Made by a program: the position numbers and the translations under genes | Origin: Psychrobacter sp. | GTDB taxonomy: Bacteria; Pseudomonadota; Gammaproteobacteria; Pseudomonadales; Moraxellaceae | Assembly: GCF_035469765.1 (NCBI RefSeq) | Contig: NZ_DATIRM010000119.1 | Span: forward strand, 1-36,611 | DNA length: 36,611 nucleotides | Direction of reading: 5' to 3' | Shown: positions 19,545 to 28,216 of the stretch, piece by piece | Position numbering within the stretch: position 1 is the first letter of the stretch | Layout of the letters: each line of letters starts with the position of its first letter | The notes under the pieces: generated by a model | The model's database searches: none | What the model was told of the DNA's origin: nothing | The model's input: the letters and a program-made list of their open reading frames with translations, nothing else

Positions 19545-21215
19545 TTAGTTGGTGTTTAATTTTTTATCCGCAGGATAGCTAATCTGATAAGTAGATTGCA
19601 GCACCTGAGATTGTTTACTTGGTAAATCAAACTCCCACGCGACCATGCCTTTATTATCGTTCCAATCTTTTTTACTAATCGCTGGTGTATGCGTTGCGCT
19701 CACTTTAATGTTGTCATCGCTACTCACAGGTTCTGCGCCTAACACTTGCATACGCACACTACGATTGTGCTGATTAGTAAACTGATAAGCCTGAATGATA
19801 GTTTTGGTTTGTTGACGATTAAACACCCCTTTATCACCTTTTTTGTCTTCATCAGTCAGCTGTTTCACCAGCAGACTCGGGTCAATACCAAAACCAATGC
19901 CCTGCTCTTTTAGACTCTGATAATCATAGCGTGATTGACCAACATAATTATCGTCGCGATAGAGTTGCAATGAACCATCCGCCCAAGCTGGCGTCAAAAA
20001 CGGCGCAGATGCATACCAATAAGCAGCAGCTTCGGCACTCGGTGTACTACGTAGCCATAGCTTACTGGTGCCAGACTGCTCATCAATAATAGTGCGTACA
20101 CGCCTGCCATCACTAGGAATACTGACGCGCTGCGGTAAGCGATACTCGGTAATACCATTTTTATTTTGACTACTAACCGTAAAGCTTGGCAGCGGCGCCA
20201 TATTTTCTGCACCGCCATAACTGTCTCTCGCAGAAACGACCACTGGAGCACCTTCCATCATTGGTTGTGCATAACGGCTTAACTTAGCTTGCTCTTCTTC
20301 ATATAATGATAAACGCTCGACTCTTGGTAGCTGGCTGGTCGTCGTTTGATTGGGATTAACCGTACTTAAGATAACCGGCACGTTATTCCAATTCTCGCCC
20401 GTTTGTTGGGCGATGACGGCAGAGGCGGTGATATTGAGCTGTTTATTATCAGTATTTAAACGCGCTTGATACGTCGGCTCCCAACTGGCGCCACGTACTT
20501 GATAATGCAATTTCACACTACTGGCAGAACGGCTGGCGGTACGCACACTGACTTGAGTGACATTATTTTGTACCGAGGTCGTACTGCCAGCAACCAGCTG
20601 ATTTAAATCGTCTTTGGCACGGGCTTCTCGTTTTTGTAGCTCTACTATTTTTTTATTGATACTTGCCGCTTGCGTCTCTAAATCGCGTGCATTATTAGCA
20701 AGGGTGCCAGCAGTACTGATTTGCGTGACTTTGGTTAGGTTTTGCAAATAGGCTTTAGTCAGGCGTGCGGCTTCTAATTCAGCACTGATATCCGCTAGAT
20801 TATTCTGCTGAGTCTGTACGTTAGCTGCCCCTTGATACTGGCACTGCGCTGCCTGCTCACCACTCAAGGTTTGGATACTAACTTCACCGATATTGACATT
20901 ACCCAGTGCTTGCACACTAATACTGTCGGGTTCGATTGCAGGAGAAAGACAAGAAAAAATCAGTGTCTGCTCACCTGTGCCACTGATGGGCAATGCGCGA
21001 GTCACACTGGCTAAGCCTTGATAAATGGTAATTTGTTCGATACTACTGGTTGATGCTTGCGCCGTCACTGGCACAAAAAAACTGAAGCCTGATGCGACTG
21101 TACACAATAAGGATAATGATAATCTGTTTCGCTTAAGGTTTGTCGTTTGCACATCAACTGCGGTGATTAACCGTTTATCGTGCAAAAATGATCGTGATGA
21201 TACGGTAGCAGACAT
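19545..21215 (-). CDS. Exported DUF4140/DUF4139 (MuiA-like) protein
   Basis: Signal ending AQA, ITIYQGLASVTR, coiled coil, ASWEPTY, QQTGENWNNVPVILST, LYRDDNYVGQS, FGID and WEFDL. Confidence 0.85.
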   Translation of the reverse strand: MSATVSSRSFLHDKRLITAVDVQTTNLKRNRLSLSLLCTVASGFSFFVPVTAQASTSSIEQITIYQGLASVTRALPISGTGEQTLIFSCLSPAIEPDSISVQALGNVNIGEVSIQTLSGEQAAQCQYQGAANVQTQQNNLADISAELEAARLTKAYLQNLTKVTQISTAGTLANNARDLETQAASINKKIVELQKREARAKDDLNQLVAGSTTSVQNNVTQVSVRTASRSASSVKLHYQVRGASWEPTYQARLNTDNKQLNITASAVIAQQTGENWNNVPVILSTVNPNQTTTSQLPRVERLSLYEEEQAKLSRYAQPMMEGAPVVVSARDSYGGAENMAPLPSFTVSSQNKNGITEYRLPQRVSIPSDGRRVRTIIDEQSGTSKLWLRSTPSAEAAAYWYASAPFLTPAWADGSLQLYRDDNYVGQSRYDYQSLKEQGIGFGIDPSLLVKQLTDEDKKGDKGVFNRQQTKTIIQAYQFTNQHNRSVRMQVLGAEPVSSDDNIKVSATHTPAISKKDWNDNKGMVAWEFDLPSKQSQVLQSTYQISYPADKKLNTN

Positions 21216-21372
21216 GATAATTCCTTAGAAGTTGACGCGCTTTTTTTCATCTTATCGGTTTTTTTAACGCTTTGCTATTCATTCAATGAACCATACATTT
21301 ATCATAGTGTTCGCAAGGGATGAATTTTGCTATTATAGACAGCATTTAATTACCAATAATTATGATGCCCTT

Positions 21373-22257
21373 ATGATAATTCATCCTCAGTACAATCCTG
21401 TAGCGCTGTCCTTGGGTCCAGTAGAAGTACACTGGTATGGCTTGATGTATTTGCTAGCATTTGCTGCCGCTTTTGGTCTAGCTTGGTATCGCAGCAGCAA
21501 ACGTGACAATTGGACCACCGATATGGTGTCTGATTTGGTATTTTATGGTGCGCTTGGTGTGATTTTAGGCGGTCGTATTGGCTATGTGCTGTTTTATCAG
21601 TTTGGCGAGCTACTACAAAACCCTGCTTATTTATTAAAAGTTTGGGAAGGTGGCATGTCTTTCCATGGTGGCTTTATCGGTGTCATGGTAGGCATGTGGT
21701 TTTTTGCTCGTAAATATAAAAAAACAGCCTTCCAAGTATTCGATTTTATCGTGCCTTGTGTACCAACCGGTTTACTATTTGGTCGCATTGGTAACTATAT
21801 TAATGGCGAGTTATGGGGACGCGTATCAGACGGTGGCTATAACTGGCTGACTTATTTTCCGCAAGCCGCTGCCTTTGATATGGAGCAATTACAGAGTAAT
21901 CCACAATTGCAAGAGTTGATGATTGAGGTCAATGGTCAGTATGTGCTGCCTCGTCACCCATCACAGCTATATGAAGCTTTTGCCGAAGGTCTGCTACTAT
22001 TTATCTTCTTATGGTGGTATTCATCAAAGCCGCGTCCACGTATGGCAGCCTCTGCTGTGTTCTTACTAGGTTATGGTATCAGCCGCTTTATCATCGAATT
22101 CTTCCGCCAGCCAGACGTTGATCAAGGATTTATCCTATTAGGTTGGATGACCAAAGGTCAACTATTAAGCGCACCGATGATTATTGCCGGCTTGATTATG
22201 CTGATTTATGCTTATAAGCGTGGTATTTATGATTGGGGTAAGCAAGCAGCTTATTAA
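21373..22257 (+). CDS. lgt: Prolipoprotein diacylglyceryl transferase
   Basis: HWYGLMY, LGGRIGYVLFY, WEGGMSFHGG, GRIGNYINGELWGR and RHPSQLYE. Start moved to the ATG at 21373. Confidence 0.97.
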   Translation: MIIHPQYNPVALSLGPVEVHWYGLMYLLAFAAAFGLAWYRSSKRDNWTTDMVSDLVFYGALGVILGGRIGYVLFYQFGELLQNPAYLLKVWEGGMSFHGGFIGVMVGMWFFARKYKKTAFQVFDFIVPCVPTGLLFGRIGNYINGELWGRVSDGGYNWLTYFPQAAAFDMEQLQSNPQLQELMIEVNGQYVLPRHPSQLYEAFAEGLLLFIFLWWYSSKPRPRMAASAVFLLGYGISRFIIEFFRQPDVDQGFILLGWMTKGQLLSAPMIIAGLIMLIYAYKRGIYDWGKQAAY

Positions 22258-22327
22258 ACTGTACGTTTATCGGACACCTGTTAAGCATGATTTTGATGAG
22301 ACACTTTAAAGCGCAAAGAGTAATTTT

Positions 22328-23200
22328 ATGACCATGAACAGCTCTATAGTTAAAAACGAGCAAGCCTATTTAGACCTGCTTCGCCTTGTCATGAGTGAAG
22401 GCACTGAAAAAGGCGACCGCACTGGAACCGGTACGCTTAGCCATTTTGGCGCGCAGCTACGTTTTAATTTAGCCGATGGTTTTCCCTTATTAACCACCAA
22501 AAAAGTTCATCTTAAATCCATCACTTATGAGCTTCTATGGTTTTTAAGTGGCAGTACCCACGTCGATTATTTACAACAAAACGGCGTACGCATTTGGAAT
22601 GAATGGGCAACTAGCGAGCAAACCGCACGCTTTAATCGTCCTGCTGGCGACTTAGGTCCTATTTATGGTCACCAATGGCGTAATTATGGTGCTACTAAAG
22701 CTGATGACGGTGCTTATCATGCTGATGGTGTCGATCAAATCGCACAAGTGGTTGAGCAAATAAAGACTAATCCTAACTCGCGGCGCTTGATTGTTTCTGG
22801 CTGGAATCCAAGTGAAGCAGATCAAGTTGCTTTGCCACCTTGTCATACGATGTTTCAGTTTTTTGTCGCGGACAATAAGCTCTCCTGCCAACTCTATCAG
22901 CGCTCAGCGGATTTATTTCTGGGCGTACCTTTTAATATCGCAAGCTATGCCATGTTGACCCATATGGTGGCACAAGTTTGTCACTTAGAAATCGGTGAAT
23001 TTATTTGGACCGGTGGCGATTGCCATATTTATCAAAACCACCGTGAGCAAGTGGAGCTGCAGCTAACTCGTGAGCTTTATACGCTACCAACATTAGCGCT
23101 TAACCCTGATGTGAAAGATATCTTTGATTTCAAATACGATGATATCAGCGTCGATGGCTATGAGTCGCACCCAGCGATTAAAGCGCAAGTTGCAGTATAG
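22328..23200 (+). CDS. thyA: Thymidylate synthase
   Basis: [25 protein letters not shown] and [17 protein letters not shown]. Confidence 0.98.
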   Translation: MTMNSSIVKNEQAYLDLLRLVMSEGTEKGDRTGTGTLSHFGAQLRFNLADGFPLLTTKKVHLKSITYELLWFLSGSTHVDYLQQNGVRIWNEWATSEQTARFNRPAGDLGPIYGHQWRNYGATKADDGAYHADGVDQIAQVVEQIKTNPNSRRLIVSGWNPSEADQVALPPCHTMFQFFVADNKLSCQLYQRSADLFLGVPFNIASYAMLTHMVAQVCHLEIGEFIWTGGDCHIYQNHREQVELQLTRELYTLPTLALNPDVKDIFDFKYDDISVDGYESHPAIKAQVAV

Positions 23201-23243
23201 CGTCTGTTTCAAACCATATTTAAAAATTAGCAAAGGATAATTT

Positions 23244-23810
23244 ATGAGCTATGCTAACACCGAAGTTGCCCAAATCGCAGCTATTAGTAGCAATCGCTGT
23301 ATCGGCAAAGGAAATGCTCTACCGTGGCATATCTCAGCTGATTTGCAGCATTTTAAAAAGATGACGACCAAACCAAATGATGGCGCGATACAAGGTATCG
23401 TCATTATGGGTCGCAAGACGTTTGAGTCTATGGGCAGCAAGCTTTTGCCGAAACGTGTGAGCTTTATTATCAGTACCCAGCTGGATTATGCTGAGCAAAA
23501 AGGCTTAGTCGGCAGTGACAAAGCTTATGTTATGCATAATTTCGACGATGCCTTAACACAAGCAGCAAGCCTTGCTCATGGTGCGCATCTTGATACGATT
23601 TGGGTAATTGGCGGCGAGCGCGTGTTTAGTGATGCGTTGATGTACACGGATCGTATCGAGTTAACCCACGTAGATACTGAAATCACTGATGGCGATGCCT
23701 TTTATCCTGAATTGCCAAGTGAGTTTGCAGTAGCGGAAGAATCTGAGCAAATGCATGATGAAAAGAGCGCGTTAGATTTTAGATTTGTGACTTATAAAGT
23801 AGAAGCCTAA
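23244..23810 (+). CDS. folA: Dihydrofolate reductase
   Basis: IGKGNALPWHISADLQHFKKMT, IMGRKTFES, VIGG and GDAFYP; follows thyA. Confidence 0.96.
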   Translation: MSYANTEVAQIAAISSNRCIGKGNALPWHISADLQHFKKMTTKPNDGAIQGIVIMGRKTFESMGSKLLPKRVSFIISTQLDYAEQKGLVGSDKAYVMHNFDDALTQAASLAHGAHLDTIWVIGGERVFSDALMYTDRIELTHVDTEITDGDAFYPELPSEFAVAEESEQMHDEKSALDFRFVTYKVEA

Positions 23811-23878
23811 CGTCGTTTAGTCTTCTATTCAACTTTAATAAGATATAACTTAAGAGGAGAAGCCAAATATGGAAAATT

Positions 23879-23909
23879 AAAAAAGCTCAGCAAAATTAAT
23901 TGCTGAGCT
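23879..23909 (-). terminator. Intrinsic terminator oriented for a minus-strand transcript
   Basis: AGCTCAGCAA-AATTAA-TTGCTGAGCT 10-bp stem. The A-run 23879-23884 gives a U-tract only on the minus strand; on plus the stem is followed by CAAAAAA. Confidence 0.75.
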
Positions 23910-23990
23910 CAAAAAACTTTTAGATAAGACAACTATGGAGCTAGACTCCATTGTTAGCTGAAGCATAAAGTTTATTTACCTTGGTAGGGT
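23879..23990 (-). ncRNA. Putative ~110-nt small RNA divergent from the 43-aa peptide gene (candidate antisense regulator)
   Basis: Bounded by a predicted minus-strand promoter and minus-strand terminator; internal hairpin 23931-23955 whose arms are complementary to the peptide mRNA leader. Transcription is inferred, not shown. Confidence 0.5.
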
Positions 23991-23996
23991 TCATAT

Positions 23997-24025
23997 ATTT
24001 TATAGCAAATGCTAATAAACGTCTA
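23997..24025 (-). promoter_or_regulatory. Putative sigma70 promoter of the divergent sRNA
   Basis: Minus strand TAGACG (24020-24025)-17 bp-TAAAAT (23997-24002). Confidence 0.5.
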
Positions 24026-24027
24026 CG

Positions 24028-24065
24028 TCTCCATTGTTGTGATATTTTCATCATAACTATGGAGG
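24028..24065 (+). promoter_or_regulatory. SD-sequestering hairpin in the peptide 5' leader
   Basis: CTCCATTGTTGTGAT (24029-24043) pairs with ATCATAACTATGGAG (24050-24064): 14 of 15 positions pair, including one G-U, and the stem covers the GGAGG SD. Confidence 0.75.
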
Positions 24066-24070
24066 TCATA

Positions 24071-24202
24071 ATGGCCATTCAATGCGGTTATCCTAAAGCT
24101 GTGCACGTACGTTGGTACTGGAGATATAGATTTAATTGTTGGGAACACGTTTGCGAGCATTGCCGCAGTTATCCAAATCAGCAGTTGAGTTTTGATTTTT
24201 AA
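24071..24202 (+). CDS. 43-aa Cys/His/aromatic small protein with C-terminal QLSFDF motif
   Basis: GGAGG at 24061-24065, ATG at 24071, sequence MAIQCGYPKAVHVRWYWRYRFNCWEHVCEHCRSYPNQQLSFDF, and a terminator right after the stop. It is the C-terminal part of track ORF 23981..24202. Confidence 0.7.
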   Translation: MAIQCGYPKAVHVRWYWRYRFNCWEHVCEHCRSYPNQQLSFDF

Positions 24203-24223
24203 TAATTAAAATTTTCTAATACT

Positions 24224-24259
24224 AAAAAGACAACAGCCTAATGGTTGTTGTCTTTTTTT
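24224..24259. terminator. Terminator between the peptide gene and uvrC (bidirectional, better on plus)
   Basis: AAAAAGACAACAGCC-TAAT-GGTTGTTGTCTTTTTTT; the G-U wobble and longer T-run favour the plus strand. Confidence 0.85.
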
Positions 24260-24274
24260 ATGTTAAAAATAAAG

Positions 24275-26119
24275 CTACTCATGCAGCACTTTATAAACGG
24301 TTTTTGCGAGTACTGGTCCAATACCTTGTACGCCTGCCAGCTCTTGCTGCGAGGCACCAAGCAATTGCTGCAATCCGCCAAAATGATTGAGTAAATCGCG
24401 GCGGCGCTTTTCACCCAGCCCCGGAATCACTTCTAACACTGACGATGAACGACGCTTATCGCGCTTCTTACGATGTGCCGTAATCGCAAAACGATGCGCC
24501 TCATCACGAATGTGCATCAATAAATGCAGCGCTTTACTGTCCATAGGCAAATCAAGCGGCTCATGATCGATAAAATGCAGTACCTCAAGCCCCGCCTTTC
24601 GCCCTTCCCCTTTTGCTACACTAATAAGCAAAGTATCGCCAAGAATACCCAACTCGGTTAGTACTTCTTTTGCTATTCCAAGTTGACCTTTACCGCCATC
24701 TATAAGCAGCAAATCAGGCAGTGGTTGTTTTTTATAACGGCGTGTCAGCACTTGCTTCATCGCCGCATAATCATCGCCGCCGACAATGTCATGAATCGCA
24801 TACTGACGATAATCACGACGACGCGAACCACCTTGATCAAAGACAACACAGCTACCAATGGTAGCCTCGCCCATCGTATGCGAGATATCAAAACACTCGA
24901 TACGGTCAATGGTACGATCCGTGACTTCAGTCAAGACATCTTTTAACGCACCAAAACGCGCATGCAGCTCTAAGTAATCGCCAAGTTTGGTTTTTAGCGC
25001 ATTATTGGTATTGAGCTTCGCTAAATCTAACCATTCGGCACGGTGCTCACGAACGCTAGTTTTAATGACGACTTTACTGCCAAAATGGCTCGCCAGTGCT
25101 TCACTGACCGCAACCTGATCCGGTAATTCATGACTCAGCATGATTTCAGCTGGCAAGTCATCTGTCACCTGAAAATAAAATGAGGTAATAAATGCCGATA
25201 GATTATCAGCCAGCGGCTCACTGCTATCCACATCAGGGAAGTAGTTCTTACCACCTAGCACTCGCCCACCACGGACAGTCAATACGTTGACACAGGTCAT
25301 GCCTGCTTGACTGGCAATAGCAATCACATCTGCCTCCCCTTGCACGGTATAAACGGCTTGCTTCGCTTGTACTTCGCGCAGCATAGACAACTGATCGCGA
25401 TAAAATACCGCTTTTTCAAAGTCTAACTCTTCAGCAGAAGCTTCCATTTTTTCAATCAAAGCGCTATGAATATCGCTAGAATCGCCTTTTAGGAAACGAA
25501 TGGTATTGCTGACATCTTCTGCATACTCTTCGGCTGATACCAAGCCCACACAGGGCGCACGGCAACGCTTAATCTGATATTCAAGACAAGGGCGCTTACG
25601 CTGTTTAAAAAAGGTATTGGTACATTGACGCATTTGAAACATCTTTTGCATGAGCACCAGTGTTTCTTTTGCGGCATGAGCTGAGGGAAAAGGACCGAAA
25701 AAACGACCTTTTTGATGATTGCCTTTACCACGACTATAAGCCAATCTTGGATAAGGCTTATCCGCTGAAATAAACACATAAAGGTAGGATTTATCATCAC
25801 GCAGTAGCACGTTATAAGGCGGACGATGCTCTTTAATCAGATTTTGCTCGAGCAGTAACGCCTCGGTCTCACTACGGGTAATAATGGTTTCGATATTATG
25901 TATCCGCGCGACCAGCGCCCGTGTTTTTGGATGGTCAATCGTCTTAGCAAAGTAGCTGTTAACGCGACTCTTTAGCGACTTAGCTTTACCAACATATAGA
26001 ATATCGCCATTTTTACCCAGCATTTTGTACACCCCTGGCAAATTTGGCAGGCGCTGAATGAGATGCTTTAGACGGGATTTTTTATCGTCGACAGGACTTG
26101 ATGCGGAGACATTAACCAT
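24275..26119 (-). CDS. uvrC: Excinuclease ABC subunit C
   Basis: GIY-YIG LPGVYKM...LYVGKAKSL, Cys cluster, [29 protein letters not shown] and HhH tail. Start moved to the ATG at 26119. Confidence 0.97.
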   Translation of the reverse strand: MVNVSASSPVDDKKSRLKHLIQRLPNLPGVYKMLGKNGDILYVGKAKSLKSRVNSYFAKTIDHPKTRALVARIHNIETIITRSETEALLLEQNLIKEHRPPYNVLLRDDKSYLYVFISADKPYPRLAYSRGKGNHQKGRFFGPFPSAHAAKETLVLMQKMFQMRQCTNTFFKQRKRPCLEYQIKRCRAPCVGLVSAEEYAEDVSNTIRFLKGDSSDIHSALIEKMEASAEELDFEKAVFYRDQLSMLREVQAKQAVYTVQGEADVIAIASQAGMTCVNVLTVRGGRVLGGKNYFPDVDSSEPLADNLSAFITSFYFQVTDDLPAEIMLSHELPDQVAVSEALASHFGSKVVIKTSVREHRAEWLDLAKLNTNNALKTKLGDYLELHARFGALKDVLTEVTDRTIDRIECFDISHTMGEATIGSCVVFDQGGSRRRDYRQYAIHDIVGGDDYAAMKQVLTRRYKKQPLPDLLLIDGGKGQLGIAKEVLTELGILGDTLLISVAKGEGRKAGLEVLHFIDHEPLDLPMDSKALHLLMHIRDEAHRFAITAHRKKRDKRRSSSVLEVIPGLGEKRRRDLLNHFGGLQQLLGASQQELAGVQGIGPVLAKTVYKVLHE

Positions 26120-26212
26120 AGAATTTATTGCTCTCAAGATACTGATATACAGATATTTATGGGGCGATAGTACGCGTTTTACAAGAATCGTTATCAGCTT
26201 AGCAATAACCAT

Positions 26213-26241
26213 AAAAAAAGCCAGCTCCGAGGCTGACTTTT
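26213..26241 (-). terminator. Intrinsic terminator after the DUF3360 gene
   Basis: Minus strand AAAAGTCAGC...GCTGGCTTTTTTT. Confidence 0.7.
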
Positions 26242-26273
26242 CGCAAAAATAATAATCACTCTTAATAATAACT

Positions 26274-27797
26274 CTAATGGCGGAAATTTGGCAATAGTGC
26301 CGGAATACCTGGCAACATACCGACGATAGCCATCACACCGGTTAATATGACAAAAGTAATTACCGGAATAATCCAACGGCTCATTTTAGTCAAATTGGCA
26401 CTACGTTCTTTAGAGCCAATCAAGCCCAAGTTATCAAGCAATAACGTGAGCGACCAACCAAAGGCTGGGTTAACCAATGCAGAAGCAAACACCACAATAG
26501 CAGCAGACTGCGTGGTTTTACCTTCGCGGGTCATCTCCATGCCAGCCTCTAATAGTGGGATAAACACACCCACAATCAATGCCACGCACATCACTGGTTG
26601 CCAAATGGCCAAATCCATCGGATAGCCCCAAACACCTGCGATGATACAGAATAGAGCCGTCAATAAAGCACCTGCAGGAATCGGACGCTTAGCAATCGCC
26701 GCAGGAACAATATACGTTCCCCAAGATGATGCAAAGTTCGCACCGCCCAACACAGATCCGACTACCTGACGAAATGAAGCACTGGTCATGGTGTCATCGA
26801 TATCCATCAGCACGCGCTCAGTACGTTTGGGATAGCTAATTTTTTGGAATACTTGATGACCCAAAAAGTCTGGTGACCACATAGCAACCGCCAAAATAGC
26901 AAACGGTAGTACTACGATAAAGCTTTCAACCGTTGGTAGCCCTAACATCCAACCTGTGTTCTCACCCCACCAATACATCGGGTTCATATGCGGTAGACCT
27001 GGTGCAGTTTTAAACGCAAAAGGTGCGCCTAATGCAAATGCGAGACCGCCACCTAAAAAACAGCTGAGCGGAACCGCAAGCCAGCGTTTTTGCCAGTGTT
27101 CAAGTAATGCATATAGCAGGATAGTCGCCAGAATAATAAAGAAAGCAATGTGCGACATGCCAATCCCTTCTGCCCAAGCAAAGAGGTTCTTGACCTGTGA
27201 AGTGGTACCGATAAAGCCCAAGTAAATCAAAAGACCACCGCACACACCTTTACTGGTTAAATTGGCAAGTAAGCTACCCCCTTTACTAATAGCAAGCAGT
27301 AGACCAAAAGCACCAATCATTAGGCCAAAAGCCATTGGATGCCCACCTGCAGCAACCACAATGGGAATCAGTGGAATAAGTGGCCCGTGAGTACCAGCAA
27401 GATTGGCTGTTGGTAGTAAGAATCCTGAAAACAAGATAATGAAGAACGAAACAATCAATAACTCATAACGGACGTTTTCTAAGATAAACGCATCACCCAA
27501 ACCAAGCGGCCCTGCAAAAGTTGCCGCGATGGCGCCCACCATTACCACTTTACCAATGGTTGCTGCCATCGCTGGGATAGTATCTTCATACTCAAAACGA
27601 TAATCGCGGAACGGCAGATTGGCACGCCAACGCTTCGGCTGCATGATTTGTAATTCATGATTGAGGTAAGCATTACGATTTTTAAAACTTGAACTGGGCT
27701 TATGTAAATCTACATAGCTATCTTGCAAATCGTTATCAGAAGGGGTTGGGTGTTGCGTATTGGACCCTGAGGCGGGAAGCTGTGTACCACTCATCAC
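26274..27797 (-). CDS. DUF3360 family polytopic membrane protein (probable transporter)
   Basis: [18 protein letters not shown]...IGKVVMV and [15 protein letters not shown] recognised as DUF3360-like; many TM helices; AAGGA RBS. Confidence 0.8.
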   Translation of the reverse strand: MMSGTQLPASGSNTQHPTPSDNDLQDSYVDLHKPSSSFKNRNAYLNHELQIMQPKRWRANLPFRDYRFEYEDTIPAMAATIGKVVMVGAIAATFAGPLGLGDAFILENVRYELLIVSFFIILFSGFLLPTANLAGTHGPLIPLIPIVVAAGGHPMAFGLMIGAFGLLLAISKGGSLLANLTSKGVCGGLLIYLGFIGTTSQVKNLFAWAEGIGMSHIAFFIILATILLYALLEHWQKRWLAVPLSCFLGGGLAFALGAPFAFKTAPGLPHMNPMYWWGENTGWMLGLPTVESFIVVLPFAILAVAMWSPDFLGHQVFQKISYPKRTERVLMDIDDTMTSASFRQVVGSVLGGANFASSWGTYIVPAAIAKRPIPAGALLTALFCIIAGVWGYPMDLAIWQPVMCVALIVGVFIPLLEAGMEMTREGKTTQSAAIVVFASALVNPAFGWSLTLLLDNLGLIGSKERSANLTKMSRWIIPVITFVILTGVMAIVGMLPGIPALLPNFRH

Positions 27798-27863
27798 ATT
27801 TCCTTATGTCGACTAAGGTTTGAGCGGCTCTACTACCCTATCAGATGATACATAGAGATGCCC

Positions 27864-27886
27864 AAAACAAAATTGCGGCTATTGTA
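27864..27886 (-). promoter_or_regulatory. Putative -10, GC-rich discriminator and T-tract initial transcribed region for the DUF3360 gene
   Basis: Minus strand TACAAT-AGCCGC-AATTTTGTTTT; -35 is weak. Confidence 0.5.
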
Positions 27887-28216
27887 AGGCATCGATAAGG
27901 ATAATGCGAGGCTTTATATATTAAAAGATACCATACGTATCGTTATGAAAAAATTTATTATGGCTTACCGCGTAACACTTATAAAAAGGTAATGAATCTA
28001 TTTCAAGAATACGCGTTATCATACTCATTTTGCTTTTGTTACGCTTTAAAGCTGGTGAGCTTGGGTATTTTTCACTATGATAAATATCTTTTTACGGCTC
28101 ATTTTTTTATAACACGCATTTGAAAGCGGCAAGCACTGCCGTAAGGTCGACTTCATATAATAAGAACAACCCATATAATAAGATCAGCAAAACCGGAAAA
28201 CCAATAGGAAATATTG

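Noticed and set aside
23884-23909. Hairpin as the folA terminator
   Set aside because: On plus it is followed by CAAAAAA rather than a U-tract, so it fits a minus-strand transcript better. It may still pause or protect folA mRNA.
23981-24070. Longer 73-aa version of the small ORF from TTG at 23981
   Set aside because: No RBS at 23981, and the extension covers predicted promoter and leader elements. The GGAGG SD points to the ATG at 24071.
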